A stretch of DNA of 64,000 nt from Escherichia coli (GCF_036507355.1 NZ_AP027877.1); one strand, 5' to 3'. Positions 23,052-34,431 are shown, numbered from the stretch's first letter. Program-made: numbers and translations. Notes: generated by a model from the sequence alone, not told the origin.

Positions 23052-23106
23052 TCCGCCGGGAGGCCCGCCCTCCCGCACTGTCATCGAATTCCCGTTAACT
23101 CTTCAT

Positions 23107-23146
23107 CTGTTAGTCACTTTTAATTAACCAAATCGTCACAATAATC
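23107..23146 (+). promoter_or_regulatory. Pho box (PhoB binding) of the phnC promoter
   Basis: ctgttagtcacttttaattaaccaaatcgtcacaataatc: CTGTnA-type direct repeats at about 11-bp spacing, upstream of phnC. Confidence 0.7.
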
Positions 23147-23183
23147 CGCCACGATGGAGCCACTTTTTTAGGGAGGCTCCAGC

Positions 23184-23972
23184 ATGCAAACGATTATCCG
23201 TGTCGAGAAGCTCGCCAAAACCTTCAATCAGCATCAGGCGCTGCATGCGGTTGATCTGAACATTCATCACGGTGAAATGGTGGCTCTGCTTGGGCCGTCG
23301 GGTTCCGGCAAATCCACCCTTTTACGTCACTTAAGCGGCCTGATTGTCGGCGATAAAAAACCAGAATGCCGCGTCGAACTGCTGGGCCGTACCGTCCAGC
23401 AAAATGGCCGTCTGGCCCGCGATATCCGCAAAAGCCGCGCCCATACCGGCTACATCTTCCAACAATTCAACCTGGTGAATCGCCTGAGCGTACTGGAGAA
23501 CGTGCTGATTGGCGCGCTCGGCAGCACGCCGTTCTGGCGCACCTGTTTTAGCTACTTCACCCGCGAGCAGAAACAGCGCGCGTTACAGGCGCTGACCCGC
23601 GTTGGCATGGTGCATTTTGCCCATCAACGCGTTTCCACCCTCTCCGGCGGCCAGCAGCAGCGTGTGGCGATTGCCCGCGCGCTGATGCAGCAGGCGAAAG
23701 TGATTCTCGCAGACGAACCGATCGCCTCGCTGGACCCGGAATCGGCGCGCATCGTGATGGACACCCTGCGCGACATCAACCAGAACGACGGCATCACCGT
23801 GGTCGTCACGCTGCATCAGGTGGATTACGCCCTGCGCTACTGCGAGCGCATCGTCGCCCTGCGTCAGGGGCACGTCTTCTACGACGGCAGCAGCCAACAG
23901 TTTGATAACGAACGTTTTGACCATCTCTACCGCAGCATTAACCGCGTCGAAGAGAACGCGAAAGCTGCCTGA
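23184..23972 (+). CDS. phnC: Phosphonate ABC transporter ATPase PhnC
   Basis: 262 aa; Walker [13 protein letters not shown] signature LSGGQQQR. Confidence 0.95.
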   Translation: MQTIIRVEKLAKTFNQHQALHAVDLNIHHGEMVALLGPSGSGKSTLLRHLSGLIVGDKKPECRVELLGRTVQQNGRLARDIRKSRAHTGYIFQQFNLVNRLSVLENVLIGALGSTPFWRTCFSYFTREQKQRALQALTRVGMVHFAHQRVSTLSGGQQQRVAIARALMQQAKVILADEPIASLDPESARIVMDTLRDINQNDGITVVVTLHQVDYALRYCERIVALRQGHVFYDGSSQQFDNERFDHLYRSINRVEENAKAA

Positions 23973-23996
23973 CATCCCCATCATTGAGGAAAACGA

Positions 23997-25013
23997 ATGA
24001 ACGCTAAGATAATTGCCTCGCTGGCCTTCACCAGCATGTTCAGCCTCAGCACCCTGTTTAGCCCGGCGCACGCCGAGGAGCAGGAAAAGGCGCTGAATTT
24101 CGGCATTATTTCAACGGAATCACAGCAAAACCTGAAACCGCAATGGACGCCGTTTTTACAGGATATGGAGAAGAAGCTGGGCGTGAAGGTCAACGCCTTC
24201 TTTGCCCCGGACTACGCGGGCATTATCCAGGGAATGCGTTTCAACAAAGTGGATATCGCCTGGTACGGCAACCTGTCGGCGATGGAAGCAGTGGATCGCG
24301 CCAACGGTCAGGTCTTCGCTCAGACCGTCGCGGCGGATGGATCGCCGGGTTACTGGAGCGTGTTAATCGTCAACAAAGACAGCCCGATCAACAACCTGAG
24401 CGATCTGCTGGCGAAGCGGAAAGATCTCACCTTCGGCAATGGCGATCCTAACTCCACCTCTGGCTTCCTCGTCCCCGGCTACTACGTCTTCGCCAAAAAC
24501 AATATCTCCGCCAGCGACTTCAAGCGCACCGTCAACGCCGGGTATGAAACCAACGCGCTGGCCGTCGCCAACAAGCAGGTGGATGTGGCGACCAACAACA
24601 CCGAAAACCTCGACAAGCTGAAAACCTCCGCACCGGACAAGCTCAAAGAACTGAAAGTGATCTGGAAGTCGCCGCTGATCCCAGGCGATCCGATCGTCTG
24701 GCGCAAGAATCTTTCCGAAACCACCAAAGACAAGATCTACGACTTCTTTATGAACTACGGCAAAACGCCGGAAGAAAAAGCGGTGCTGGAACGCCTGGGC
24801 TGGGCGCCGTTCCGCGCTTCCAGCGACCTGCAACTGGTGTCGATTCGCCAGCTCGCGCTGTTTAAAGAGATGCAGGGCGTGAAAAGCAATAAAGGACTGA
24901 ATGAGCAGGACAAGCTGGCAAAAACCACCGAGATTCAGGCGCAGCTGGATGACCTGGACCGCCTGAACAACGCGCTAAGCGCGATGAGTTCGGTGAGTAA
25001 AGCGGTGCAGTAA
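23997..25013 (+). CDS. phnD: Phosphonate ABC transporter periplasmic binding protein PhnD
   Basis: 338 aa; signal peptide; recognised PhnD. Confidence 0.95.
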   Translation: MNAKIIASLAFTSMFSLSTLFSPAHAEEQEKALNFGIISTESQQNLKPQWTPFLQDMEKKLGVKVNAFFAPDYAGIIQGMRFNKVDIAWYGNLSAMEAVDRANGQVFAQTVAADGSPGYWSVLIVNKDSPINNLSDLLAKRKDLTFGNGDPNSTSGFLVPGYYVFAKNNISASDFKRTVNAGYETNALAVANKQVDVATNNTENLDKLKTSAPDKLKELKVIWKSPLIPGDPIVWRKNLSETTKDKIYDFFMNYGKTPEEKAVLERLGWAPFRASSDLQLVSIRQLALFKEMQGVKSNKGLNEQDKLAKTTEIQAQLDDLDRLNNALSAMSSVSKAVQ

Positions 25014-25016
25014 ATC

Positions 25017-25104
25017 GTAGGTCGGATAAGACGCCCCGGCGTCGCATCCGACAATGTGCAGGCGTTGATGCCGGATGCGGTGCAAGCACCTTATCCGGCC
25101 TACA
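25017..25104. repeat. REP pair (BIME) inside the phn operon, between phnD and phnE
   Basis: gtaggtcggataagacgc...gatgccggatgcggtg...ccttatccggcctaca. Confidence 0.85.
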
Positions 25105-25118
25105 GACCGGAGCCAAAC

Positions 25119-25898
25119 ATGCAAACCATCACCATCGCCCCACCCAAGCGCAGCTGGTTCTCGCTTCTGAGCTGGGCCGTTGTTCTCGCCGTGTTGGTCG
25201 TCTCGTGGCAGGGCGCGGAAATGGCCCCGCTCACGCTGATTAAAGACGGCGGCAACATGGCGACTTTCGCCGCCGACTTCTTCCCGCCTGATTTCAGCCA
25301 GTGGCAGGATTACCTCACCGAAATGGCCGTCACGCTGCAAATCGCCGTCTGGGGCACCGCGCTGGCGGTGGTTCTCTCCATCCCCTTCGGCCTGATGAGC
25401 GCCGAAAACCTGGTGCCGTGGTGGGTTTACCAGCCCGTTCGCCGCCTGATGGACGCCTGCCGCGCCATTAACGAAATGGTCTTCGCCATGCTGTTCGTGG
25501 TCGCCGTCGGCCTCGGCCCGTTCGCTGGCGTGTTGGCGCTGTTTATCCACACCACCGGCGTGCTCTCCAAACTGCTTTCCGAAGCGGTGGAAGCGATTGA
25601 ACCCGGCCCGGTGGAAGGCATTCGCGCGACCGGCGCTAACAAGCTCGAAGAGATCCTCTACGGCGTGCTGCCGCAGGTGATGCCGCTGCTGATCTCCTAC
25701 TCCCTCTATCGCTTCGAATCCAACGTCCGCTCGGCGACCGTCGTCGGCATGGTCGGCGCGGGCGGGATCGGCGTCACGCTGTGGGAAGCGATTCGCGGTT
25801 TCCAGTTCCAGCAAACCTGCGCCCTGATGGTGCTCATCATCGTCACGGTCAGCCTGCTGGATTTCCTCTCTCAACGGTTGCGTAAGCACTTTATCTGA
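25119..25898 (+). CDS. phnE: Phosphonate ABC transporter permease PhnE (intact frame)
   Basis: ORF 25056..25898 begins inside the REP; ATG at 25119 (MQTITIAPP) gives 259 aa uninterrupted. Confidence 0.9.
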
Positions 25899-25918
25899 TT
25901 AGCGAGGCATTGATAGCT

Positions 25919-26644
25919 ATGCACTTGTCTACACATCCGACCAGCTACCCAACACGCTATCAGGAGATAGCCGCAAAACTTGAGCAGGAGCTTCGTCAAC
26001 ACTACCGCTGCGGCGACTATCTTCCCGCCGAGCAGCAGCTGGCGGCGCGCTTTGAGGTAAACCGCCACACCCTGCGCCGCGCCATCGACCAACTGGTGGA
26101 AAAAGGCTGGGTACAGCGCCGTCAGGGCGTCGGCGTGCTGGTGCTGATGCGCCCGTTCGATTACCCGCTCAACGCCCAGGCGCGTTTTAGCCAGAATCTG
26201 CTGGATCAGGGCAGCCATCCCACCAGCGAAAAACTGCTGTCGGTGCTGCGCCCGGCGTCTGGTCACGTCGCTGACGCGCTGGGGATAACCGAGGGGGAGA
26301 ACGTCATCCACCTGCGCACCCTGCGCCGGGTCAACGGCGTCGCGCTCTGTTTAATCGACCACTACTTTGCGGACCTCACCCTCTGGCCGACGCTGCAACG
26401 CTTCGACAGCGGTTCGCTGCACGATTTTCTGCGCGAGCAAACGGGAATTGCGCTGCGCCGCAGCCAGACGCGGATCAGCGCCCGCCGCGCCCAAGCCAAA
26501 GAGTGCCAGCGCCTTGAAATCCCGAATATGTCGCCGCTGCTGTGCGTGCGCACCCTTAACCACCGTGACGGTGAAAGCAGCCCGGCGGAGTATTCCGTCA
26601 GCCTGACGCGCGCCGACATGATTGAATTCACTATGGAGCACTGA
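25919..26644 (+). CDS. phnF: GntR-family repressor PhnF
   Basis: 241 aa from MHLSTHPTSYP; HTH plus UTRA domain. Confidence 0.92.
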   Translation: MHLSTHPTSYPTRYQEIAAKLEQELRQHYRCGDYLPAEQQLAARFEVNRHTLRRAIDQLVEKGWVQRRQGVGVLVLMRPFDYPLNAQARFSQNLLDQGSHPTSEKLLSVLRPASGHVADALGITEGENVIHLRTLRRVNGVALCLIDHYFADLTLWPTLQRFDSGSLHDFLREQTGIALRRSQTRISARRAQAKECQRLEIPNMSPLLCVRTLNHRDGESSPAEYSVSLTRADMIEFTMEH

Positions 26645-27097
26645 ATGCACGCAGATACCGCGACCCGCCAGCACTGGATGTCCGTGCTGGCGCACAGCCA
26701 ACCGACTGAGCTGGCAGCCCGCCTGAACGCGCTGAACATCACCGCCGACTATGAAGTGATCCGCACCGCCGAAACTGGTCTGGTGCAGATTCAGGCGCGG
26801 ATGGGCGGCACCGGCGAACGCTTTTTTGCCGGCGACGCCACGCTCACCCGCGCCGCCGTACGCCTGACTGACGGCACGCTCGGCTACAGCTGGGTGCTGG
26901 GGCGCGACAAACAGCACGCCGAACGCTGCGCGCTGATTGACGCGCTGATGCAGCAATCTCGCCACTTTCAAAACTTATCAGAAACTCTTATTGCCCCGCT
27001 GGACGCTGACCGTATGGCACGCATTGCCGCACGCCAGGCCGAAGTGAACGCCAGCCGGGTCGACTTCTTTACGATGGTTCGCGGAGACAACGCATGA
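26645..27097 (+). CDS. phnG: C-P lyase core complex subunit PhnG
   Basis: 150 aa; operon position. Confidence 0.93.
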   Translation: MHADTATRQHWMSVLAHSQPTELAARLNALNITADYEVIRTAETGLVQIQARMGGTGERFFAGDATLTRAAVRLTDGTLGYSWVLGRDKQHAERCALIDALMQQSRHFQNLSETLIAPLDADRMARIAARQAEVNASRVDFFTMVRGDNA

Positions 27098-27678
27098 CCC
27101 TGGAAACCGCTTTTATGCTTCCCGTGCAGGATGCCCAGCACAGTTTTCGTCGCCTGTTAAAGGCCATGAGCGAGCCGGGCGTGATTGTCGCCCTGCATCA
27201 GCTCAAACGCGGCTGGCAGCCGCTGAATATCGCCACCACCAGCGTGCTGCTGACGCTGGCTGATAACGACACGCCGGTGTGGCTTGCCGCGCCATTAAGT
27301 AACGATATCGTCAGCCAGAGCCTGCGTTTTCATACCAACGCGCCGCTGGTCAATCAACCGGAACAGGCGACCTTCGCGGTGACGGATGAGACGATTTCCA
27401 GCGAACAGCTCAACGCCCTTTCCACCGGCACCGCCGTTGCGCCAGAAGCGGGCGCGACGCTGATTTTACAGGTCGCCAGCCTGAGCGGCGGGCGCATGTT
27501 GCGCCTCACCGGTGCGGGTATTGCCGAAGAACGAATGATCGCTCCGCAGCTGCCGGAGTGCATTTTGCACGAACTCACCGAGCGCCCGCACCCGTTCCCG
27601 CTCGGCATCGACCTGATCCTGACCTGCGGCGAGCGCCTGCTGGCTGTTCCGCGAACCACTCATGTGGAGGTGTGCTGA
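27094..27678 (+). CDS. phnH: C-P lyase core complex subunit PhnH
   Basis: 194 aa; 4-bp overlap with phnG. Confidence 0.93.
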   Translation: MTLETAFMLPVQDAQHSFRRLLKAMSEPGVIVALHQLKRGWQPLNIATTSVLLTLADNDTPVWLAAPLSNDIVSQSLRFHTNAPLVNQPEQATFAVTDETISSEQLNALSTGTAVAPEAGATLILQVASLSGGRMLRLTGAGIAEERMIAPQLPECILHELTERPHPFPLGIDLILTCGERLLAVPRTTHVEVC

Positions 27679-28742
27679 TGTACGTTGCCGTGAAAGGGGG
27701 CGAGAAGGCGATCGACGCCGCCCACGCCCTGCAAGAGAGCCGACGCCGGGGCGATACCGATTTGCCCGAACTGAGCGTCGCCCAGATTGAACAGCAGCTT
27801 AACCTCGCGGTAGATCGCGTGATGACCGAAGGCGGCATTGCCGACCGCGAACTGGCGGCGCTGGCGCTGAAACAGGCCAGCGGCGATAACGTCGAAGCGA
27901 TTTTTCTGCTGCGCGCCTACCGCACCACGCTGGCGAAGCTGGCGGTGAGCGAACCGCTCGACACCACCGGGATGCGTCTCGAACGGCGTATCTCCGCTGT
28001 TTATAAAGATATTCCCGGCGGCCAACTGCTTGGCCCAACCTACGACTACACCCATCGCCTGCTCGATTTCACCCTGCTGGCAAACGGCGAAGCGCCAACG
28101 CTGACCACCGCCGACAGCGAACAACAGCCGTCGCCGCACGTTTTCAGCCTGCTTGCGCGTCAGGGGCTGGCGAAGTTTGAAGAGGATAGCGGCGCACAGC
28201 CGGATGACATCACCCGCACGCCGCCGGTTTACCCCTGCTCACGTTCTTCCCGTTTGCAGCAGTTGATGCGCGGCGACGAAGGCTATTTGCTGGCGCTGGC
28301 CTACTCCACCCAACGCGGTTACGGGCGCAATCACCCGTTCGCGGGTGAAATCCGCAGTGGTTACATCGACGTGTCGATTGTGCCGGAAGAGCTGGGATTT
28401 GCGGTAAACGTCGGCGAACTGCTGATGACCGAGTGTGAAATGGTCAACGGTTTTATCGATCCGCCGGATGAACCACCGCATTTTACACGCGGCTACGGGC
28501 TGGTGTTCGGCATGAGCGAGCGCAAAGCGATGGCAATGGCGCTAGTCGATCGTGCGTTGCAGGCCCCGGAGTACGGCGAGCACGCGACAGGCCCGGCGCA
28601 GGATGAAGAGTTCGTGCTGGCGCATGCCGACAACGTCGAAGCCGCAGGCTTTGTCTCGCACCTCAAACTCCCGCACTACGTCGATTTCCAGGCCGAACTG
28701 GAGCTACTCAAACGTCTGCAACAGGAGCAGAACCATGGCTAA
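27678..28742 (+). CDS. phnI: C-P lyase core complex subunit PhnI
   Basis: Start placed at [13 protein letters not shown] (354 aa); TGATG overlap with phnH. Confidence 0.93.
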   Translation: MYVAVKGGEKAIDAAHALQESRRRGDTDLPELSVAQIEQQLNLAVDRVMTEGGIADRELAALALKQASGDNVEAIFLLRAYRTTLAKLAVSEPLDTTGMRLERRISAVYKDIPGGQLLGPTYDYTHRLLDFTLLANGEAPTLTTADSEQQPSPHVFSLLARQGLAKFEEDSGAQPDDITRTPPVYPCSRSSRLQQLMRGDEGYLLALAYSTQRGYGRNHPFAGEIRSGYIDVSIVPEELGFAVNVGELLMTECEMVNGFIDPPDEPPHFTRGYGLVFGMSERKAMAMALVDRALQAPEYGEHATGPAQDEEFVLAHADNVEAAGFVSHLKLPHYVDFQAELELLKRLQQEQNHG

Positions 28743-29580
28743 TCTGAGCGGCTACAACTTTGCCTACCTCGACGAGCAGACCAAACGCATGATCCGCCGC
28801 GCCATCTTAAAAGCGGTGGCGATCCCCGGTTATCAGGTGCCGTTTGGCGGGCGCGAGATGCCGATGCCGTACGGCTGGGGAACCGGCGGCATACAGCTTA
28901 CCGCCAGCGTGATTGGCGAAAGCGACGTACTGAAGGTGATTGACCAGGGAGCGGATGACACCACCAACGCCGTGTCGATTCGCAACTTCTTCAAGCGCGT
29001 GACCGGGGTAAACACCACGGAACGTACGGACGATGCGACGGTTATCCAGACGCGTCACCGCATCCCCGAAACGCCGCTGACCGAAGATCAGATCATTATT
29101 TTCCAGGTGCCGATCCCCGAACCGCTGCGCTTTATCGAGCCGCGCGAAACGGAAACCCGCACCATGCACGCGCTGGAGGAGTACGGCGTGATGCAGGTGA
29201 AACTGTATGAAGATATCGCCCGCTTCGGTCATATCGCCACCACCTACGCCTATCCGGTGAAGGTGAACGGGCGCTACGTGATGGACCCGTCGCCGATCCC
29301 GAAATTCGATAACCCGAAAATGGACATGATGCCTGCCCTGCAGCTGTTCGGCGCGGGGCGCGAAAAGCGCATCTATGCGGTGCCACCGTTTACCCGCGTT
29401 GAAAGTCTCGATTTCGAGGATCACCCGTTCACCGTTCAGCAGTGGGATGAGCCATGCGCCATCTGCGGATCGACCCACAGCTATCTCGATGAAGTGGTGC
29501 TGGATGACGCCGGAAACCGCATGTTTGTCTGCTCCGATACCGATTATTGCCGCCAACAGAGCGAGGCAAAAAGCCAATGA
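28735..29580 (+). CDS. phnJ: C-P lyase PhnJ (radical SAM-like, four-Cys motif)
   Basis: Start at MANLSGYNFAYLDEQTKR (281 aa); C-terminal CxxCxxxxC...C cysteines. Confidence 0.93.
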   Translation: MANLSGYNFAYLDEQTKRMIRRAILKAVAIPGYQVPFGGREMPMPYGWGTGGIQLTASVIGESDVLKVIDQGADDTTNAVSIRNFFKRVTGVNTTERTDDATVIQTRHRIPETPLTEDQIIIFQVPIPEPLRFIEPRETETRTMHALEEYGVMQVKLYEDIARFGHIATTYAYPVKVNGRYVMDPSPIPKFDNPKMDMMPALQLFGAGREKRIYAVPPFTRVESLDFEDHPFTVQQWDEPCAICGSTHSYLDEVVLDDAGNRMFVCSDTDYCRQQSEAKSQ

Positions 29581-30335
29581 ATCAACCGTTACTTTCGGTC
29601 AATAACCTGACCCACCTTTACGCGCCGGGCAAAGGCTTTAGCGATGTCTCTTTTGATTTATGGCCGGGGGAAGTGCTGGGCATTGTCGGGGAGTCCGGCT
29701 CCGGGAAGACCACGCTGCTGAAATCAATCTCCGCGCGCCTGACGCCGCAGCAGGGGGAAATTCACTACGAGAACCGTTCGCTGTATGCAATGAGCGAGGC
29801 CGACCGCCGTCGCCTGCTGCGCACCGAATGGGGCGTGGTGCATCAGCATCCGCTCGACGGCCTGCGCCGCCAGGTCTCAGCAGGCGGCAACATCGGCGAG
29901 CGGCTGATGGCGACCGGGGCGCGTCATTACGGCGATATTCGCGCCACCGCGCAGAAGTGGCTGGAAGAGGTGGAAATTCCCGCCAACCGGATCGACGACC
30001 TGCCGACCACCTTTTCCGGCGGCATGCAGCAACGTTTGCAGATTGCCCGCAACCTGGTGACGCATCCGAAGCTGGTATTTATGGACGAGCCAACCGGCGG
30101 GCTGGATGTGTCGGTGCAGGCCCGCCTGCTCGACCTGCTGCGCGGCCTGGTGGTGGAGCTGAACCTGGCGGTGGTTATTGTCACCCATGATTTAGGCGTC
30201 GCCCGCCTGCTGGCGGACCGTTTGCTGGTGATGAAGCAGGGGCAAGTGGTGGAGAGTGGGTTAACCGACCGCGTGCTCGACGACCCGCATCATCCGTATA
30301 CACAGCTGCTGGTGTCATCGGTTTTGCAGAATTGA
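29577..30335 (+). CDS. phnK: C-P lyase accessory ATPase PhnK (ABC-type)
   Basis: Start at [11 protein letters not shown] (252 aa); Walker [10 protein letters not shown]. Confidence 0.93.
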   Translation: MNQPLLSVNNLTHLYAPGKGFSDVSFDLWPGEVLGIVGESGSGKTTLLKSISARLTPQQGEIHYENRSLYAMSEADRRRLLRTEWGVVHQHPLDGLRRQVSAGGNIGERLMATGARHYGDIRATAQKWLEEVEIPANRIDDLPTTFSGGMQQRLQIARNLVTHPKLVFMDEPTGGLDVSVQARLLDLLRGLVVELNLAVVIVTHDLGVARLLADRLLVMKQGQVVESGLTDRVLDDPHHPYTQLLVSSVLQN

Positions 30336-30338
30336 GCC

Positions 30339-30428
30339 GGTGCCGGATGCGGCGTAAACGCCTTATCCTGCCTACAAATGCGCTCCCCGTAGGTCGGATA
30401 AGACGCGTCAGCGTCGCATCCGACACCC
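30339..30428. repeat. REP pair (BIME) inside the phn operon, between phnK and phnL
   Basis: gccggatgcggcgtaaacgccttatcctgcctaca...gtaggtcggataagacgcgtcagcgtcgcatccgac. Confidence 0.85.
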
Positions 30429-30445
30429 GAACCACGAGGCGAAAA

Positions 30446-31126
30446 ATGATTAACGTACAAAACGTCAGTAAAACCTTCATCCTGCACCAGCAAAACGGCG
30501 TGCGCCTGCCCGTCCTCAACCGCGCCTCGCTCACCGTCAACGCGGGCGAATGCGTGGTGCTCCACGGCCATTCCGGCAGCGGAAAATCAACCCTGCTACG
30601 CTCGCTGTACGCCAACTATCTGCCCGACGAAGGGCAAATCCAGATCAAACACGGTGACGAATGGGTCGATCTGGTCACCGCGCCAGCGCGCAAAGTGGTG
30701 GAGATCCGCAAAACCACCGTTGGCTGGGTGAGCCAGTTTCTGCGCGTCATCCCGCGCATTTCGGCGCTGGAAGTGGTGATGCAGCCGCTACTCGATACCG
30801 GCGTACCACGTGAAGCCTGCGCCGCTAAAGCCGCGCGTCTTCTCACCCGCCTGAACGTGCCGGAACGCCTGTGGCACCTGGCTCCATCGACCTTCTCCGG
30901 CGGCGAACAGCAGCGCGTCAACATCGCCCGCGGCTTTATCGTCGACTACCCCATTCTGCTGCTCGACGAACCTACCGCCTCGCTGGACGCCAAAAACAGC
31001 GCCGCGGTGGTGGAACTGATTCACGAAGCCAAAGCCCGTGGCGCAGCCATTGTCGGCATCTTCCATGACGAAGCCGTACGTAATGACGTTGCCGACCGCC
31101 TGCACCCAATGGGAGCCTCTTCATGA
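30446..31126 (+). CDS. phnL: C-P lyase accessory ATPase PhnL (ABC-type)
   Basis: Start at [11 protein letters not shown] (226 aa); Walker [10 protein letters not shown]. Confidence 0.93.
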   Translation: MINVQNVSKTFILHQQNGVRLPVLNRASLTVNAGECVVLHGHSGSGKSTLLRSLYANYLPDEGQIQIKHGDEWVDLVTAPARKVVEIRKTTVGWVSQFLRVIPRISALEVVMQPLLDTGVPREACAAKAARLLTRLNVPERLWHLAPSTFSGGEQQRVNIARGFIVDYPILLLDEPTASLDAKNSAAVVELIHEAKARGAAIVGIFHDEAVRNDVADRLHPMGASS

Positions 31127-32259
31127 TTATCAATAACGTCAAATTGGTGCTGGAAAACGAAGTGGTACACGGTTCACTGGAGGTGCAGGACGGCGAAATC
31201 CGCGCCTTTGCCGAAAGCCAGAGCCGCCTGCCGGAGGCGATGGACGGCGAAGGCGGCTGGCTGCTGCCGGGGCTGATTGAGCTGCATACCGATAATCTGG
31301 ATAAATTCTTCACCCCGCGCCCGAAAGTTGACTGGCCTGCCCACTCGGCGATGAGCAGCCACGACGCGCTGATGGTGGCGAGCGGCATCACCACCGTACT
31401 GGATGCCGTGGCAATTGGCGACGTGCGCGACGGCGGCGATCGGCTGGAGAATCTTGAGAAGATGATCAACGCCATCGAAGAGACGCAGAAACGCGGCGTC
31501 AACCGCGCCGAGCACCGTCTACACCTGCGCTGCGAACTGCCGCATCACACCACGCTGCCGCTGTTTGAAAAACTGGTGCAGCGCGAGCCGGTGACGCTGG
31601 TGTCGCTGATGGACCACTCGCCGGGCCAGCGCCAGTTCGCCAATCGCGAGAAGTATCGCGAATATTATCAGGGTAAATACTCGCTCACTGATGCGCAGAT
31701 GCAGCAGTACGAAGAAGAGCAACTGGCGCTCGCCGCACGCTGGTCGCAGCCGAATCGCGAATCCATCGCCGCCCTGTGCCGCGCGCGACACATTGCGCTT
31801 GCCAGCCACGATGACGCCACCCACGCCCACGTTGCCGAATCCCACCAGCTTGGCAGCGTGATCGCCGAATTTCCCACCACGTTCGAAGCGGCAGAAGCCT
31901 CGCGCAAGCATGGCATGAACGTGTTGATGGGCGCGCCGAATATCGTGCGCGGCGGTTCGCACTCCGGCAACGTGGCGGCCAGTGAACTGGCACAGCTTGG
32001 CCTGCTGGATATCCTCTCTTCCGACTACTACCCCGCCAGCCTGCTGGATGCGGCGTTCCGCGTGGCCGATGACCAGAGCAACCGCTTTACGCTGCCGCAG
32101 GCGGTGAAGCTGGTGACTAAAAATCCGGCGCAGGCGCTTAATCTCCAGGATCGCGGGGTGATTGGCGAGGGCAAACGCGCCGACCTGGTGCTGGCGCATC
32201 GCAAGGGCAATCATATTCACATCGACCACGTCTGGCGTCAGGGGAAAAGGGTGTTCTGA
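31123..32259 (+). CDS. phnM: PhnM, amidohydrolase-family ribosyl-triphosphonate diphosphohydrolase
   Basis: 378 aa; 4-bp overlap with phnL. Confidence 0.93.
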   Translation: MIINNVKLVLENEVVHGSLEVQDGEIRAFAESQSRLPEAMDGEGGWLLPGLIELHTDNLDKFFTPRPKVDWPAHSAMSSHDALMVASGITTVLDAVAIGDVRDGGDRLENLEKMINAIEETQKRGVNRAEHRLHLRCELPHHTTLPLFEKLVQREPVTLVSLMDHSPGQRQFANREKYREYYQGKYSLTDAQMQQYEEEQLALAARWSQPNRESIAALCRARHIALASHDDATHAHVAESHQLGSVIAEFPTTFEAAEASRKHGMNVLMGAPNIVRGGSHSGNVAASELAQLGLLDILSSDYYPASLLDAAFRVADDQSNRFTLPQAVKLVTKNPAQALNLQDRGVIGEGKRADLVLAHRKGNHIHIDHVWRQGKRVF

Positions 32260-32816
32260 TGATGGGAAAGCTAATCTGGTTGATGGGGCCGTCCGGCTCC
32301 GGGAAAGACAGCCTGCTGGCGGAACTCCGCCTGCGGGAACAGGCGCAGTTGCTGGTGGCGCATCGCTATATCACGCGCGACGCCAGCGCCGGAAGTGAAA
32401 ACCATATCGCCCTGAGCGAGCAGGAGTTTTTTGCCCGTGCAGGTCAGCAACTCTTCGCGTTAAGCTGGCATGCTAACGGCTACTATTACGGCGTCGGGCT
32501 GGAAATTGATCTCTGGCTGCACGCCGGATTCGACGTGCTGGTCAACGGCTCACGCGCCCATCTGCCGCAGGCGCGGGCACGCTATGCATCGGCGCTGCTG
32601 CCCATCTGCTTACAGGTGTCGCCAGAGATCCTGCGCCAGCGCCTGGAAAACCGTGGTCGTGAAAACGCCAGTGAAATTAACGCCCGGCTGGCGCGCGCCG
32701 CCCGCTATACTCCTCAGGATTGCCATACGCTCAATAATGACGGCAGCCTGCGCCAGTCGGTCGACACACTGCTGACGCTGATCCATCAGAAGGAGAAACA
32801 CCATGCCTGCTTGTGA
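32259..32816 (+). CDS. phnN: Ribose 1,5-bisphosphate phosphokinase PhnN
   Basis: 185 aa; P-loop GPSGSGKDS. Confidence 0.93.
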   Translation: MMGKLIWLMGPSGSGKDSLLAELRLREQAQLLVAHRYITRDASAGSENHIALSEQEFFARAGQQLFALSWHANGYYYGVGLEIDLWLHAGFDVLVNGSRAHLPQARARYASALLPICLQVSPEILRQRLENRGRENASEINARLARAARYTPQDCHTLNNDGSLRQSVDTLLTLIHQKEKHHACL

Positions 32817-33237
32817 GCTTCGCCCGGCCACACAGTACGACACCGACGCGGTTTACGCGTTGATTTGTGAGCTAAAACAGGCGGAGTTTGACCATCACGC
32901 GTTTCGCGTGGGCTTTAACGCCAACCTGCGTGACCCAAACATGCGCTACCATCTGGCGCTGCTGGATGGCGAAGTTGTCGGTATGATCGGCCTGCATTTG
33001 CAGTTTCATCTGCATCATATCAACTGGATTGGCGAAATTCAGGAACTGGTGGTGATGTCGCAGGCGCGCGGCCTGAACGTCGGTAGCAAGTTGCTGGCGT
33101 GGGCAGAAGAAGAAGCCCGCCAGGCCGGGGCCGAAATGACCGAGCTTTCCACTAACGTGAAGCGCCACGACGCGCACCGTTTCTATCTGCGCGAAGGCTA
33201 CGAGCAGAGTCACTTCCGCTTCACCAAGGTGCTGTAA
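32803..33237 (+). CDS. phnO: Aminoalkylphosphonate N-acetyltransferase PhnO (GNAT)
   Basis: 144 aa; 14-bp overlap with phnN. Confidence 0.93.
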   Translation: MPACELRPATQYDTDAVYALICELKQAEFDHHAFRVGFNANLRDPNMRYHLALLDGEVVGMIGLHLQFHLHHINWIGEIQELVVMSQARGLNVGSKLLAWAEEEARQAGAEMTELSTNVKRHDAHRFYLREGYEQSHFRFTKVL

Positions 33238-33238
33238 C

Positions 33239-33997
33239 ATGAGCCTGACCCTCACGCTCACCGGCTCCGGCGGCGCACAGGGCGTTCCGGCATGGGGCTG
33301 CGAGTGCGCGGCCTGCGCCAGAGCGCGGCGCTCGCCGCACTATCGCCGCCAGCCATGCAGCGGCGTAGTGAAGTTTAACGAGGCGATCACCCTGATCGAC
33401 GCCGGGCGGCACGATCTCGCCGATCGCTGGTCGCCAGGATCGTTCCAGCAGTTTTTACTGACGCACTACCATATGGATCACGTCCAGGGGCTATTCCCGC
33501 TGCGCTGGGGCGTGGGCGATCCGATCCCGGTCTACGGCCCGCCGGATGAACAGGGCTGCGACGATCTGTTTAAACATCCGGGCCTGCTTGATTTCAGCCA
33601 CACGGTGGAACCGTTTGTGGTGTTTGATTTGCAGGGGTTACAGGTCACGCCCCTGCCGCTCAACCACTCAAAACTGACCTTCGGTTATCTGCTGGAAACG
33701 GCACACAGCCGGGTGGCGTGGCTGTCTGACACCGCAGGCTTGCCGGAAAAAACGCTGAAATTTTTACGCAATAATCAGCCGCAGGTAATGGTGATTGATT
33801 GCAGCCACCCGCCGCGCGAGGATGCGCCACGTAATCACTGTGATTTAAACACCGTGCTGGCGCTGAATGAAGTTATCCGCTCGCCGCGGGTGATTCTGAC
33901 CCATATCAGCCACCAGTTTGATACGTGGCTGATGGAGAATGCGCTGCCGCCGGGTTTTGAGGCGGGGTTTGATGGGATGGAGATTGGGGTGGCGTGA
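33239..33997 (+). CDS. phnP: Phosphoribosyl cyclic phosphodiesterase PhnP (metallo-beta-lactamase fold)
   Basis: 252 aa; HYHMDH metal-binding motif. Confidence 0.93.
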   Translation: MSLTLTLTGSGGAQGVPAWGCECAACARARRSPHYRRQPCSGVVKFNEAITLIDAGRHDLADRWSPGSFQQFLLTHYHMDHVQGLFPLRWGVGDPIPVYGPPDEQGCDDLFKHPGLLDFSHTVEPFVVFDLQGLQVTPLPLNHSKLTFGYLLETAHSRVAWLSDTAGLPEKTLKFLRNNQPQVMVIDCSHPPREDAPRNHCDLNTVLALNEVIRSPRVILTHISHQFDTWLMENALPPGFEAGFDGMEIGVA

Positions 33998-34033
33998 TGA
34001 GTGTGCGCGCTGGGCCCCTCACCCTAGCCTACC

Positions 34034-34363
34034 TCACCGCCCATACTCATCTTCCATTCTCCGCTCTTCATCCTCCAGTTGCCGACGCTCCTGATCAAGC
34101 TGGCGCTGGCGATCGTCCAGCTGCCTGCGGCGATCTTCAAACTGGCGGCGGCGGTCGTCATATTGTCTGCGCCGATCGTCGCTCACTTCACGCTGCCAGC
34201 CGTCGTCGCGCGAATCGTCATAGTCTCGCCCACGGTCAGGGTTATAAGCGTCATTAATCGCCTGCTGAATATTGCCAATGGTGTCGTCGATAATATCGGC
34301 CTGGGCCGGTACGGTGGTCAGCGTGAGCAGGGTGAATAAAAGAAATAGCGGAAAGCGTTTCAT
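34034..34363 (-). CDS. yjdP: Secreted low-complexity protein YjdP
   Basis: 109 aa; signal peptide MKRFPLFLLFTLLTLTTVPAQA followed by charged DDRRRQ / EDRRRQ / DDRQRQ repeats. Confidence 0.8.
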   Translation of the reverse strand: MKRFPLFLLFTLLTLTTVPAQADIIDDTIGNIQQAINDAYNPDRGRDYDDSRDDGWQREVSDDRRRQYDDRRRQFEDRRRQLDDRQRQLDQERRQLEDEERRMEDEYGR

Positions 34364-34431
34364 TAGCCAACCTCAAAAAGAAACTCTATCCACATTAGTC
34401 ATTACTCATCCATGCAAGTAGTGGATGAATC

